This document shows positions 1 through 8,406 of a stretch of 64,000 bases of DNA, in pieces (position 1 is the stretch's first letter; each line of letters begins with the position of its first letter). The notes beneath the pieces are model-generated. The model made no database searches, was not told the DNA's origin, and saw only the letters and a program-made list of their open reading frames with translations. Source of the stretch: an uncultured bacterium. Its GTDB lineage: Bacteria > Omnitrophota > Omnitrophia > Omnitrophales > Aquincolibacteriaceae. Position numbers and translations under genes: made by a program. The stretch covers positions 21,861 through 85,860 of the forward strand of contig CAYPIR010000001.1 in the NCBI GenBank assembly GCA_964410905.1. The letters run 5' to 3'.

Positions 1-600
1 ATTATAAAAAGCATCATCTATCATAGAAAAACTTTTTGTTACAAATATTGTTTGCTGTAAAAAAAGAAGATCTCCGCCCAAACAAATGCCTTCCGGAAAT
101 CGAATATTGTTATCAAGAACAAGACTCCTACGATATATTGCCGTCCACCAATAAAGATTAAAATAAAATTTATCATTACCGTGTTTGGCTATAATGCTAT
201 TCAATTGAACTGTTTTGGTTTTTCCATAATAGTCCGTCTCTTTCGCGTTGCCTTTGACTATATCCGCATTTGTTTCTATCTTTTTCTCCCAAAGTTTCTC
301 ATAAAAATCCAAATCGACTTCATCATCGTTGTCCACAAAACCCAGATATTCTCCAGTTGCCAAATCTAATCCTTTGTTTCTAGCGACTGATTCTCCGCCG
401 TTTTTTTCATTACAAACCGCTTTAAGATTAGAATATTTTTTTGAATATTCTTGAATAATCTCCCAAGAATCATCCGTAGAAGCATCGTCCACCACGATTA
501 TTTCTATGTCTTTAAGCGTTTGATTACATACGCTGTCGAGACATCTACGCAAGTATAATTCTGCGTTATAAACTGGAATAATTATAGAAACCTTAGGCAC
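1..600 (-). CDS. Glycosyltransferase family 2 (N-terminal part only; the gene runs off the left edge)
   Basis: It is absent from the ORF track because it has no stop in the window. The reverse complement of 565-600 reads GTG CCT AAG GTT TCT ATA ATT ATT CCA GTT TAT AAC, i.e. (M)PKVSIIIPVYN. In the same frame, 301-360 gives ATGEYLGFVDNDDEVDLDFY, a GT-A DxD region. The GTG start at 600 overlaps the stop of the upstream GT2 (593-595). Confidence 0.8.
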   Translation of the reverse strand, partial: MPKVSIIIPVYNAELYLRRCLDSVCNQTLKDIEIIVVDDASTDDSWEIIQEYSKKYSNLKAVCNEKNGGESVARNKGLDLATGEYLGFVDNDDEVDLDFYEKLWEKKIETNADIVKGNAKETDYYGKTKTVQLNSIIAKHGNDKFYFNLYWWTAIYRRSLVLDNNIRFPEGICLGGDLLFLQQTIFVTKSFSMIDDAFYN

Positions 601-2266
601 TAGCTACCAACCTCTTCTTGAGAATTGAAAAAAGTTCAATTTTAGTCATCGGCTTAAAACCCTCTTTAAAACCCACAGTGGAACAAGTTCCCGCAAATAA
701 GTTTCCTTTATACTTTTTATCCAAATATTCCTTGGATTGCCAATATGTTCTAGGCAATCTAAGAGTAAATCCTGCATCTGAACAATGGCAACAATCCATA
801 ACAACAATTCGAGATTCAATGCCATGCTTGATGTGGGCGGATATGCAAAAATCTTCAACATAAAGATCCCACTGCAGGCATTCATCGAAACGTAATTTAT
901 ATTTATTTATGAGAGATGAATGAGCAATAAGACATTGACAATCAAATGTATCTACTTTTTCATCGCCTGTAATCACTTTGCCTGCCAGCCTGTTTGTTTC
1001 ACTGCCATCTCTGCATTCTTGAAATATCGTACCTTTCAATTCGTTATAAAAAAAAGTATCTATATATCCAATTTTTGCTCCAACAGGCCCCCACAAAAAT
1101 GTCTTATCAAGGTTTTCTATCTTGGGCAAAACATTTTCGAGAACTTCCCAATCTGAGTGACAGAAGACAAACCACGCGGGCTTAGAATATTCATATTTAT
1201 CTAGAAATTGATTATATCTTTCAGCGACTCCAATGTTTTTAACACTATTATCAAAAGCGTGAAACTCTATCTGTTGTTCATTTGAAATAAATCCATTTTT
1301 GCGCACTAAACGATTATACAAATCAAAATCTTGAACAACGCTAATAAAATAAATACTCTTATTTGCCATCTTACGTCTACCCACTTCGCGACAAAAATTT
1401 ATACACGCCGTCGTTGAAATTTTAAGCATCTCTGCTCGAACAAGATCTTTATAATTCAGCGAGTCATAAAAATCTAAAAGTTGGCTGAGCATAAAACTAG
1501 CCATTTCTTTCCCATGCGTATACATGTAACAAGTAGAAAACCATAAACTTAAAACAAAGGCTTTGGATTTTGTAGATATGGCCGCAGATTCAACCTCATT
1601 AAACAAGATGCGCATACCTTCAATTTTATCGTGGACACTAAAGCTGCTCCGCCTAGCAAGTAAAGCTTCACTCTCAAGCACATAATATTTAGCTTCATCG
1701 CATACTTTAACTGCGTTTGATTTAAGCGCTACCAGAAAAGCAAAAATTGGATCCTCCATATCTCGTAATAGCGGAAAAGTAATATTGGAACTTTTTAATA
1801 AATTTTTTCTATATATTGCACTAGCAAATTCCGCAGAAAAGGTATTTTTATCCACCTTTACTCTGCCATTCAAAAACATATTTTGAACTCCACTTGAAAT
1901 AAAAAAATAGATTCCCTTCACTACATCCGCCGCTGTTTCGACCGCCTTACTATGCAACTTCTCATAAAAATCCAAGTCAATAAAATCGTCTGAATCGACA
2001 AATCCGATATATTCTCCCGCCGCTGCTTCTATCCCAATATTGCGAGCGACTGCGGCGCCTCTATTTTCAGATTGTTCAATTATTTTTATCCTAGAGTCTT
2101 TAGCGGCATATTCTTTCAAAATCGCAAGCGAGCCGTCTGTCGATTTGTCATCTACGCAGATAATCTCAATATCCTTCAACGTCTGGGCGCAAACCGTATC
2201 CAAACATTTCCTGAAATACTGTTCTGGCACGTTATAAACTGGAATAATCACTGAAACTTTAGGCAT
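593..2266 (-). CDS. Two-domain glycosyltransferase: N-terminal GT2 (GT-A) domain plus a C-terminal second GT-like domain
   Basis: The 557-aa protein starts MPKVSVIIPVYNVPEQYFRKCLDTVCAQTLKDIEIICVDDKSTDGS and contains GFVDSDD. The C-terminal ~250 aa (FVFCHSDWEVL ... CQCLIAHSSL ... DLYVEDFC) resembles the Glyco_tranf_2_5-type fold by recollection. Confidence 0.8.
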   Translation of the reverse strand: MPKVSVIIPVYNVPEQYFRKCLDTVCAQTLKDIEIICVDDKSTDGSLAILKEYAAKDSRIKIIEQSENRGAAVARNIGIEAAAGEYIGFVDSDDFIDLDFYEKLHSKAVETAADVVKGIYFFISSGVQNMFLNGRVKVDKNTFSAEFASAIYRKNLLKSSNITFPLLRDMEDPIFAFLVALKSNAVKVCDEAKYYVLESEALLARRSSFSVHDKIEGMRILFNEVESAAISTKSKAFVLSLWFSTCYMYTHGKEMASFMLSQLLDFYDSLNYKDLVRAEMLKISTTACINFCREVGRRKMANKSIYFISVVQDFDLYNRLVRKNGFISNEQQIEFHAFDNSVKNIGVAERYNQFLDKYEYSKPAWFVFCHSDWEVLENVLPKIENLDKTFLWGPVGAKIGYIDTFFYNELKGTIFQECRDGSETNRLAGKVITGDEKVDTFDCQCLIAHSSLINKYKLRFDECLQWDLYVEDFCISAHIKHGIESRIVVMDCCHCSDAGFTLRLPRTYWQSKEYLDKKYKGNLFAGTCSTVGFKEGFKPMTKIELFSILKKRLVASA

Positions 2267-2337
2267 TCCCCCCCCTTTTTTTTGAATTTTCTTCTAACAT
2301 TATGAGTAAACCAATCTTTGAAACTATAGCGCCCCGC

Positions 2338-3531
2338 TTAATCACCAATTAATCCAAGTGAAAATAACGGTTTTTTCTCTGTTGTATTAAAAGCATAAGA
2401 GTCAGCCAATATTATTTTTCTTCCTGTTTTCACGCCTTTAAACTGACTTCGCCCCTTACCCTTTCCTCCGATTTCAAAAACTGTATCCATATCCGTCAAA
2501 ATGTAATCTGGGGTCTTTTTCCCAGTGGTCGATTTTAAATAATTGATTTTTTTGCCGAAAATTTTGCAACATTGCGCAAAAAAATCCTCTCTCAAGCCGC
2601 CCAAAGCCAAGTCAAAACCATTAAACAATAACCGATACGGCAAACTCAACAAAACTTTAGGCTCTTTTAAAACGTTTGTTCCCGTAGGGAATATCACCTG
2701 AATGACAAACGACTGCTCCAAAAGCAATACATATTGTTCAGCCTTATACTTTGTAATTCCTAAATTTTTCGATATGCTCGAATAATTAATTCCGTCCACA
2801 GCCGATAAGGCAGCAAATTTAACTAGTTTGCTTATCGTATTTAACTCTTCCATAGTTATATTTCTGTTAACTCGCGGAATATCTTTGTAAAGAATGGCGT
2901 TCAAAATGTTATCAAGCAGCGGAATAATGTCCGGTTCGTCTAACGCAAAAGGCATTAATCCGCCTTTTATGTAATCGTAAAAATATTCTCCATACCGCAG
3001 TAACGAAACAGGTAATTTTTTACCCATAAAATCTTCTAAACTGAGCGGCTCAATTACTGCGTCTGTTTTAAATTCAATATATTCACGCAAAGAAAACGGA
3101 TACAGCGGCTTTAATATTAGGCGGCGCGACATATCGTTTTTATATTTCCCCATAGACAGCGCCGTAGAACTTGTAAAGAACACTTTTAAATCTAACAATT
3201 CATAAACACTTTGTATCTCTTTATCAAAATTCGCATACGCATGAACTTCGTCCAGCAAGAAAACTCTTATACCCAGTTTCTCTTTCAAATCCTTTAAGGT
3301 CTCAAACATTTTTCCTTCAAAGGATTCCATCGATATGTAAAAAGAATTTTCAAGCTTTAAAGCAAGTTGTTTTAAAGTTGTAGTTTTTCCCACGCCGCGT
3401 GGTCCAACTATGCCAACAAAGTGCTTACCTTTATCAGACAACAATTCCGCAAAAAGCCTTCTGCTTCTTTTGAATTGCTTAGCACTTTCTTTTGACAGCC
3501 TATCCAATTCTACGAGTTTGCTAATTTCCAT
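2338..3531 (-). CDS. AAA+ ATPase, AAA_14/DUF4143-type ATP-binding protein
   Basis: Walker A is GPRGVGKTT and Walker B is VFLLDEVH. The length (397 aa) and the C-terminal part fit the widespread stand-alone DUF4143 ATPases. A GGAGGG RBS lies 7 nt upstream of the ATG. Confidence 0.7.
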   Translation of the reverse strand: MEISKLVELDRLSKESAKQFKRSRRLFAELLSDKGKHFVGIVGPRGVGKTTTLKQLALKLENSFYISMESFEGKMFETLKDLKEKLGIRVFLLDEVHAYANFDKEIQSVYELLDLKVFFTSSTALSMGKYKNDMSRRLILKPLYPFSLREYIEFKTDAVIEPLSLEDFMGKKLPVSLLRYGEYFYDYIKGGLMPFALDEPDIIPLLDNILNAILYKDIPRVNRNITMEELNTISKLVKFAALSAVDGINYSSISKNLGITKYKAEQYVLLLEQSFVIQVIFPTGTNVLKEPKVLLSLPYRLLFNGFDLALGGLREDFFAQCCKIFGKKINYLKSTTGKKTPDYILTDMDTVFEIGGKGKGRSQFKGVKTGRKIILADSYAFNTTEKKPLFSLGLIGD

Positions 3532-3566
3532 ATTTCAGCCCTCCAATAATGTTATTTTGTCCAATC

Positions 3567-3595
3567 ATTAAACAAAATATATACTATATTGTCAA
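3567..3595 (-). promoter_or_regulatory. Sigma70-like promoter for the AAA ATPase gene (TTGACA, 17-nt spacer, TTTAAT)
   Basis: The minus strand reads TTGACA atatagtatatattttg TTTAAT. The element is bracketed by a perfect 16-bp inverted repeat (3545-3560 / 3604-3619). Confidence 0.45.
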
Positions 3596-3636
3596 GTAAT
3601 TAAACAAAATAACATTATTCTGGCACATAAACTCAT

Positions 3637-4131
3637 CTATTGAGCCCCGTCCTTTCCCATTTCTTCTTCTTTTGCTTTTTTTGCCTTAAGCTTTTCGGCG
3701 TCCGTTTCGAGCGCGCTTTTTTCTGGCGTCCAGCCCGTGTCATCTTTAACTTCATGGATTGGGTCGGCAAGCAGCAATTCTTGCGCGTCGTTATATTCTG
3801 TAACAAACAATGCGAAATTTTCCGCTGTCGCAATTTTGCTATTAATTGCAGCCCCGCCCTTTCCATCTCCGCCGGCAACGATAAGCCCTTTTTCAACCAA
3901 CGCGTCAACAAATAATTTAAAATTTTCATCAATATTAGCAGGGACTCCCGCTATAGACTTTAGAGATGCCAAAACCGCTTCGCTAGATGCTCCTCCGATA
4001 ATGCGCGCAAATACTTCCGTTCCAAGCGGATTCATTCCGTAATAAATGCCCGTTTCTGAATTAATGACGATTGCGATTCCATCCGCAATGTCGGAAAACA
4101 TTTTCGATTCGTTTAAAACATAATTTGCCAT
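3637..4131 (-). CDS. PqqD-family / RiPP recognition element (RRE) protein with a ~75-aa charged C-terminal extension
   Basis: The N-terminal 90 aa (ADGIAIVINSETGIYYGMNPLGTEVFARIIGGASSEAVLASLK ... FKLFVDALVEKGLIV) follow the PqqD beta-strand plus winged-helix pattern. There is a 1-nt gap to the upstream kinase gene. Confidence 0.75.
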   Translation of the reverse strand: MANYVLNESKMFSDIADGIAIVINSETGIYYGMNPLGTEVFARIIGGASSEAVLASLKSIAGVPANIDENFKLFVDALVEKGLIVAGGDGKGGAAINSKIATAENFALFVTEYNDAQELLLADPIHEVKDDTGWTPEKSALETDAEKLKAKKAKEEEMGKDGAQ

Positions 4132-4132
4132 T

Positions 4133-5221
4133 TTATTTTTTCTCCTTGTTTAGTTTGTTGCAAAACTCTCGCAAGCATTCGACATTGGCATAAATATCGG
4201 GTGAGAGATTTATTTGATAAAAGTTGAAGTCCCTAACAAAATTCATTAATTTGCGAACTGTTGCAATATCAAGCTTGTCGCCCATCTGATTGATAGTTGA
4301 ATGAATAAGCTGCGTAATCGCTCTGCCTTTTTCGCACGACGCAATTGAGGGAGCTTTGTCAGATACAATTTCAGGGAAAATGCACGCTTTGATCGCGTAG
4401 TTTTCTCTGAACTGTTTGTGATAATTAGAAATGCTAAATACGTATTTATCACGCCTCGCGTTGTTGGAAACAAACTTGCCGTCAAACTCATAATAAAGTT
4501 CGTTCCACATTCGCGGGCTCAAAGTAACAATGGAATATATTGGCGAACTGAGCAATTTGCCATTCGTTTGTTTTTCTAAGATAAGATAATCATCTGAAAC
4601 ATATTCAAAGCCTTGCATCATAGACAATACCGCCAAAGTAGATTTGCCGCGTTGTCCGCGCGCGCATACCAAAACTCCGCTGCCGTTTAATCCTACCACC
4701 GCCGCATGAACAAGGTTTGCCGTCGGCGATTTGATGACCTTGTTGAAAAGCTGCACAAAAATATGCCCTTGTTTTATGAACTCTTCCGGGTCAAGATTTT
4801 CAGCGGCATAATAGTATGTATTGTTTTTTGCATCGTAAGCATTAACAAAACCTGTCGTTGGAAAAACAGAAATGTTAGAGCCGTCATCGCCTTTAATGTC
4901 GACATCAATCCAATCTTGATGTAAGACTAACTTTTCAATTCTCGCGCGCATTTTGCCGTGCGAATCAAGCAAGGATTCTGACAACTGTTTTATTTTTGTT
5001 TCTTTCCAAATAACAAGCGTCGCGTCATAGCAATCCGAGTTTGATTTCAATGTAAAGGCGAGTTGTTTTTCAACAAGAGGCGTCCACTCTTTATGAAAAC
5101 ATTCAATTCGCAATGTCTTAGAACCTAATCGCACAAACCGTATCCATTCGCGCGTGTTTGTTTGGCGAATATTGCTATCAAGTTTTTGGACATATGCCGG
5201 CGCATCGCCTTTTATGAACAT
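4133..5221 (-). CDS. HPr kinase-like (HprK-related) P-loop serine kinase
   Basis: VHAAVVGLNGSGVLVCARGQRGKSTLAVLSMMQGFEYVSDDYLIL matches the HprK C-terminal P-loop region (G-x-G-K-S/T ... ADD). It overlaps the upstream NTase gene by 10 nt. Confidence 0.7.
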   Translation of the reverse strand: MFIKGDAPAYVQKLDSNIRQTNTREWIRFVRLGSKTLRIECFHKEWTPLVEKQLAFTLKSNSDCYDATLVIWKETKIKQLSESLLDSHGKMRARIEKLVLHQDWIDVDIKGDDGSNISVFPTTGFVNAYDAKNNTYYYAAENLDPEEFIKQGHIFVQLFNKVIKSPTANLVHAAVVGLNGSGVLVCARGQRGKSTLAVLSMMQGFEYVSDDYLILEKQTNGKLLSSPIYSIVTLSPRMWNELYYEFDGKFVSNNARRDKYVFSISNYHKQFRENYAIKACIFPEIVSDKAPSIASCEKGRAITQLIHSTINQMGDKLDIATVRKLMNFVRDFNFYQINLSPDIYANVECLREFCNKLNKEKK

Positions 5222-6216
5222 TTTCGCTGCTCCCGCATTGAATTAAATCCCTCAGCCATTTTTAAAAACAGCGCTATTAACTGATCGCTTTTGCCAATTG
5301 TTTTAAGAAATCTGTGATAAGGCTTATCTTTTAACCAATTTTTCATTACTTCAAAATTTTTAATCGCATTTTTCAGCTTTAATTTTTTGCAGCGCCATTT
5401 CACATCATAGACATAAAATCTGTAAAAAACCAAACGGTTCCTATAATTTGCTGCGGATTTTTTTAGCTTTTTATTGTGGAGAAATAAATCGGGCAAGAGA
5501 TTGGGCGATATGCGATTTAAAAGTTTTGCGGCAAAAAACAATGTCGCTTCGCAAGATGCCTTTTGGGCATTTTGAAAAACTCTTTTCCAATCAAAATTAG
5601 GATTAGTTTCGAGCAAATATTTAATGTCAAAAAGAGCAAACAAAACTCCGCCTAGGGTTGTTTTGTAATGCAAATTTCGGCTTATGTTGGTCAGCGCGAC
5701 AAATACAAAATCCTCAGGGGTAGGCACAAACGCTCTCGCGCCGAAAACATCTTGCAAAGTTGCCCGCGAAAAAAAGTCTCTCATTAAACTTTTGTCATAA
5801 TCAGGGACATCAAAATCAATAAAACGATGTATATCAACCGTTCCTTCGTCCGTTCCTTTTGGATGTAAGTCCGCCGAGTAGGCATTAAATTCCGCGACCG
5901 TATAGCCGAGATTTTTTGCTATCTCAAGCGACTTTCTATAATCTTCTTCGCGTACCAAAATATCTATGTCGCCCATTGCTCTGGGTAATTCCGGTCTTAT
6001 ATATTTCATCGCGCCGCCTTTTAAAATCATTGGAATAATTCCGTTTTGGTTAAGGGCGCGGACGACTTTGCCAAAATGCGCGATAAGTTTGAGGTTGGCA
6101 AAACGATGAAATTCCAGAACTCCTTTTAAACGCGGATAAATTAGGTCGGGCACGTCAAAATTAGGACGGGATTTTATTGTATACGAGAGAAGTAAAATTT
6201 TTCTGCCATCCGCCAA
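5212..6216 (-). CDS. Nucleotidyltransferase family protein (NTP_transf_5-like); minimal ORF starting at TTG 6216, true 5' end probably at ATG 6430 or 6452 after repeat slippage
   Basis: ILKGGAMKYIRPELPRAMGDIDILVREEDY is a Pol-beta-type NTase G-x ... D-x-D signature. The same frame stays stop-free for 72 further codons upstream (to 6432, just after TAA at 6433-6435) and runs through the (CAAG)10 repeat, but contains no ATG/GTG/TTG. Confidence 0.7.
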   Translation of the reverse strand: MADGRKILLLSYTIKSRPNFDVPDLIYPRLKGVLEFHRFANLKLIAHFGKVVRALNQNGIIPMILKGGAMKYIRPELPRAMGDIDILVREEDYRKSLEIAKNLGYTVAEFNAYSADLHPKGTDEGTVDIHRFIDFDVPDYDKSLMRDFFSRATLQDVFGARAFVPTPEDFVFVALTNISRNLHYKTTLGGVLFALFDIKYLLETNPNFDWKRVFQNAQKASCEATLFFAAKLLNRISPNLLPDLFLHNKKLKKSAANYRNRLVFYRFYVYDVKWRCKKLKLKNAIKNFEVMKNWLKDKPYHRFLKTIGKSDQLIALFLKMAEGFNSMREQRKCS

Positions 6217-6383
6217 TTCGATATCAAAATCGATGAGAAAATCATCTAGTGTTTTTTGCGTGGATTCTTCGCGGAAAGCAAGATCGATAAGTTTTTGGTC
6301 TTTTTGCGAAACAATTTCTTGATAAAACGCTTCTTCCGCCCAAAAGACTTTGTCTTCTTTTAAAAAACTTAATCGATTAGTAT

Positions 6384-6424
<41 letters not shown>

Positions 6425-6491
6425 AGACATTCTTAAACTCGCGGTTTTGCATTTTTTAAAAATTAGAAAAATAATTTTCTGTCCATTTTTT

Positions 6492-7520
6492 CTATTTCGT
6501 TAAGAGTTCGTTAACTTTATTCATTACCGCGAACGCGTCGGCGACATAAAGCACATCGGCTTTACCTTGCGCCCAGCCGCAATTGGCGTCTGTATTAACG
6601 GCGCGACGTTCGTTAATGAAACGCCAACCGACAACATGCGGTTCCTCACCGTGACAACAAGTCGCAAGCCCTTTTGGATGTCTGGGCGTAGACCCCGTTT
6701 GCCCGACTTGATTCATGTGCCCAATAAAAGAAAGAACCGCCTCGCCTTCAGCTCCAAGGTCGACAAGCGATTTACTGCTTCCAAGAGACGCTTTTGTATT
6801 TTTGAGAAAATCTAAAATATGTTTTTCGGCATCTTTCGAATGCGTCTGGCCATCGGCTTGTTTTTTTGTCCATCCCGCACCCGCAACAAATAAAAGTTCC
6901 GCGTCAGGACGAATTGTCTGCGCGTCTGCTGGCGGAGCCTGAACACCAACCGATTTGGTTCGTTTGTCTGCGTCTGTTAAAGCAACTGTTACTGCCTCAA
7001 CCGCCGCGGAACCAGCCGTGCCATTAAATGCTTGAAACACTCCCGAATCAACCGCCAAAATCCAAGGACGCGCCGCGCGAGAAAGTGTCGCAACCATTCG
7101 CTGACGGTAATACCAACGTTGGATATTGAGTTTTCCGTCCTGAATAGAAATTCCGCTTATATGCGTATCAATTGCTCCGTTTAATCGAAACGAAAGTCCC
7201 GGCAACGCACGCGCAAAACGGCTTGTTGAAGGCGCGATTATGATTGCCGCGCCTGATGTCTTTGCTATTGCTTCAAGAGCCTTAACATCTGAGGCATAGC
7301 GTGAATCCGCGAAATCGGCGCCCGAAACGCCATAAATCTTAGTGGCTCCCGCTCCGGCAATTTGGTCGGCCGCAGATTTAACGTCAGCGCCAATCAAGCC
7401 TATAGAAAGTTCCGCGTTTAAATCTTTTGTAATTTGCCGCGCTCCCGATAAAACCTCAAGCGCGATTTTGGGAAGGCTTCCATTTGAATCCGTATGTGCT
7501 AAATAAAGAATTTTTTCCAT
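6492..7520 (-). CDS. etfA: Electron transfer flavoprotein alpha subunit (divergent)
   Basis: QVGQTG and the C-terminal AVNTDANCGWAQGKADVLYVADAF align to ETFA ([23 protein letters not shown]). The canonical GISGAIQH is replaced by CCHGEEPH. Confidence 0.8.
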   Translation of the reverse strand: MEKILYLAHTDSNGSLPKIALEVLSGARQITKDLNAELSIGLIGADVKSAADQIAGAGATKIYGVSGADFADSRYASDVKALEAIAKTSGAAIIIAPSTSRFARALPGLSFRLNGAIDTHISGISIQDGKLNIQRWYYRQRMVATLSRAARPWILAVDSGVFQAFNGTAGSAAVEAVTVALTDADKRTKSVGVQAPPADAQTIRPDAELLFVAGAGWTKKQADGQTHSKDAEKHILDFLKNTKASLGSSKSLVDLGAEGEAVLSFIGHMNQVGQTGSTPRHPKGLATCCHGEEPHVVGWRFINERRAVNTDANCGWAQGKADVLYVADAFAVMNKVNELLTK

Positions 7521-7532
7521 TTTCTCTCTCCC

Positions 7533-8342
7533 TTAACCTTTAATCCATGTAACGATTTCTTTAGCGATTTCGTCAACGGACGTGTCTTTTACAATTCGAG
7601 TTTGGCGCTGCTGCTTTGGAAGCTCGACAGACGCAAATTGTATTTTGTCCGTCTTAAGTCCGGCGGGCGCGGCCTTCTGCAGCGCGGGCATAATTCCGCG
7701 CATATTCGCCATTCCCACTTGAGGGTTATTCGGCGGCTCAGGTAAATTTCCCGTCGCCCAGCCAATCGCCGCGGGCGCGCCGACGCAAGAGGAAACCTGA
7801 TATTTTCCACCCTCGATTCGTTCAAGAATTTTAAAAGAACCGTCTGCTTGAACTGTAAGTTCATCAACAGACAAAAACACATCGGTAATTCCAAGATGCT
7901 CCGCGATAAGTTGAATTGTTGTTCCTGAATCGCGGGAAGCCGAAGAACAGCCGCCGAACACAAGTGTTTTTGTTTTATCAAATCCCGGCAGTTTAGAAAT
8001 AGTGCCGGCAAGCGCAGCCGCGACTTCGGAGGAGTCCGTAAATCCGCTGGCAGAACCGTCAATCGCCACAAGTTCAAACGGAACTTTTTGCGCGATAGTC
8101 ATCATCAACTGCTGAAGTTTTGCTTTAGGTCCAAGGCTCAAAAGAGTAACCTTGCTACCCGGAAATAGCTTCGCTAAGTTTGCCGCTTCAAAAAGCGAAT
8201 GCCCCGCCCAAGGGTCAAGAACCGAAGGCAGCATCATTTCATTTCTAAGCGCATGACCTGTCGACCCTTGAATTGGCTCAAGTGTTTGAAGTGGATCCGG
8301 AACCAAACTTCCGCAAACTATAATATTAAAAACATTACTCAT
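7533..8342 (-). CDS. etfB: Electron transfer flavoprotein beta subunit
   Basis: 269 aa with an N-terminus IIVCGSLVPDP typical of EtfB/FixA. It lies directly upstream of etfA. Confidence 0.8.
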   Translation of the reverse strand: MSNVFNIIVCGSLVPDPLQTLEPIQGSTGHALRNEMMLPSVLDPWAGHSLFEAANLAKLFPGSKVTLLSLGPKAKLQQLMMTIAQKVPFELVAIDGSASGFTDSSEVAAALAGTISKLPGFDKTKTLVFGGCSSASRDSGTTIQLIAEHLGITDVFLSVDELTVQADGSFKILERIEGGKYQVSSCVGAPAAIGWATGNLPEPPNNPQVGMANMRGIMPALQKAAPAGLKTDKIQFASVELPKQQRQTRIVKDTSVDEIAKEIVTWIKG

Positions 8343-8406
8343 ACTTCCTCCCTTTTTATTGATTACTTTTCATTTGCCTTTAGCTAGTAGTTATAACGCC
8401 GCTATG

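Noticed and set aside
3633-3932. 99-aa Lys/Arg-rich minus-strand ORF overlapping the 3' half of the PqqD gene
   Set aside because: It is an alternative frame of the charged C-terminal tail of the PqqD protein, with no independent RBS. The PqqD frame is continuous with a recognisable fold.
7589-8077. 162-aa minus-strand ORF in an alternative frame of etfB
   Set aside because: It overlaps etfB completely in another frame and is Arg/Leu-rich with no motif. The etfB frame carries the conserved sequence.
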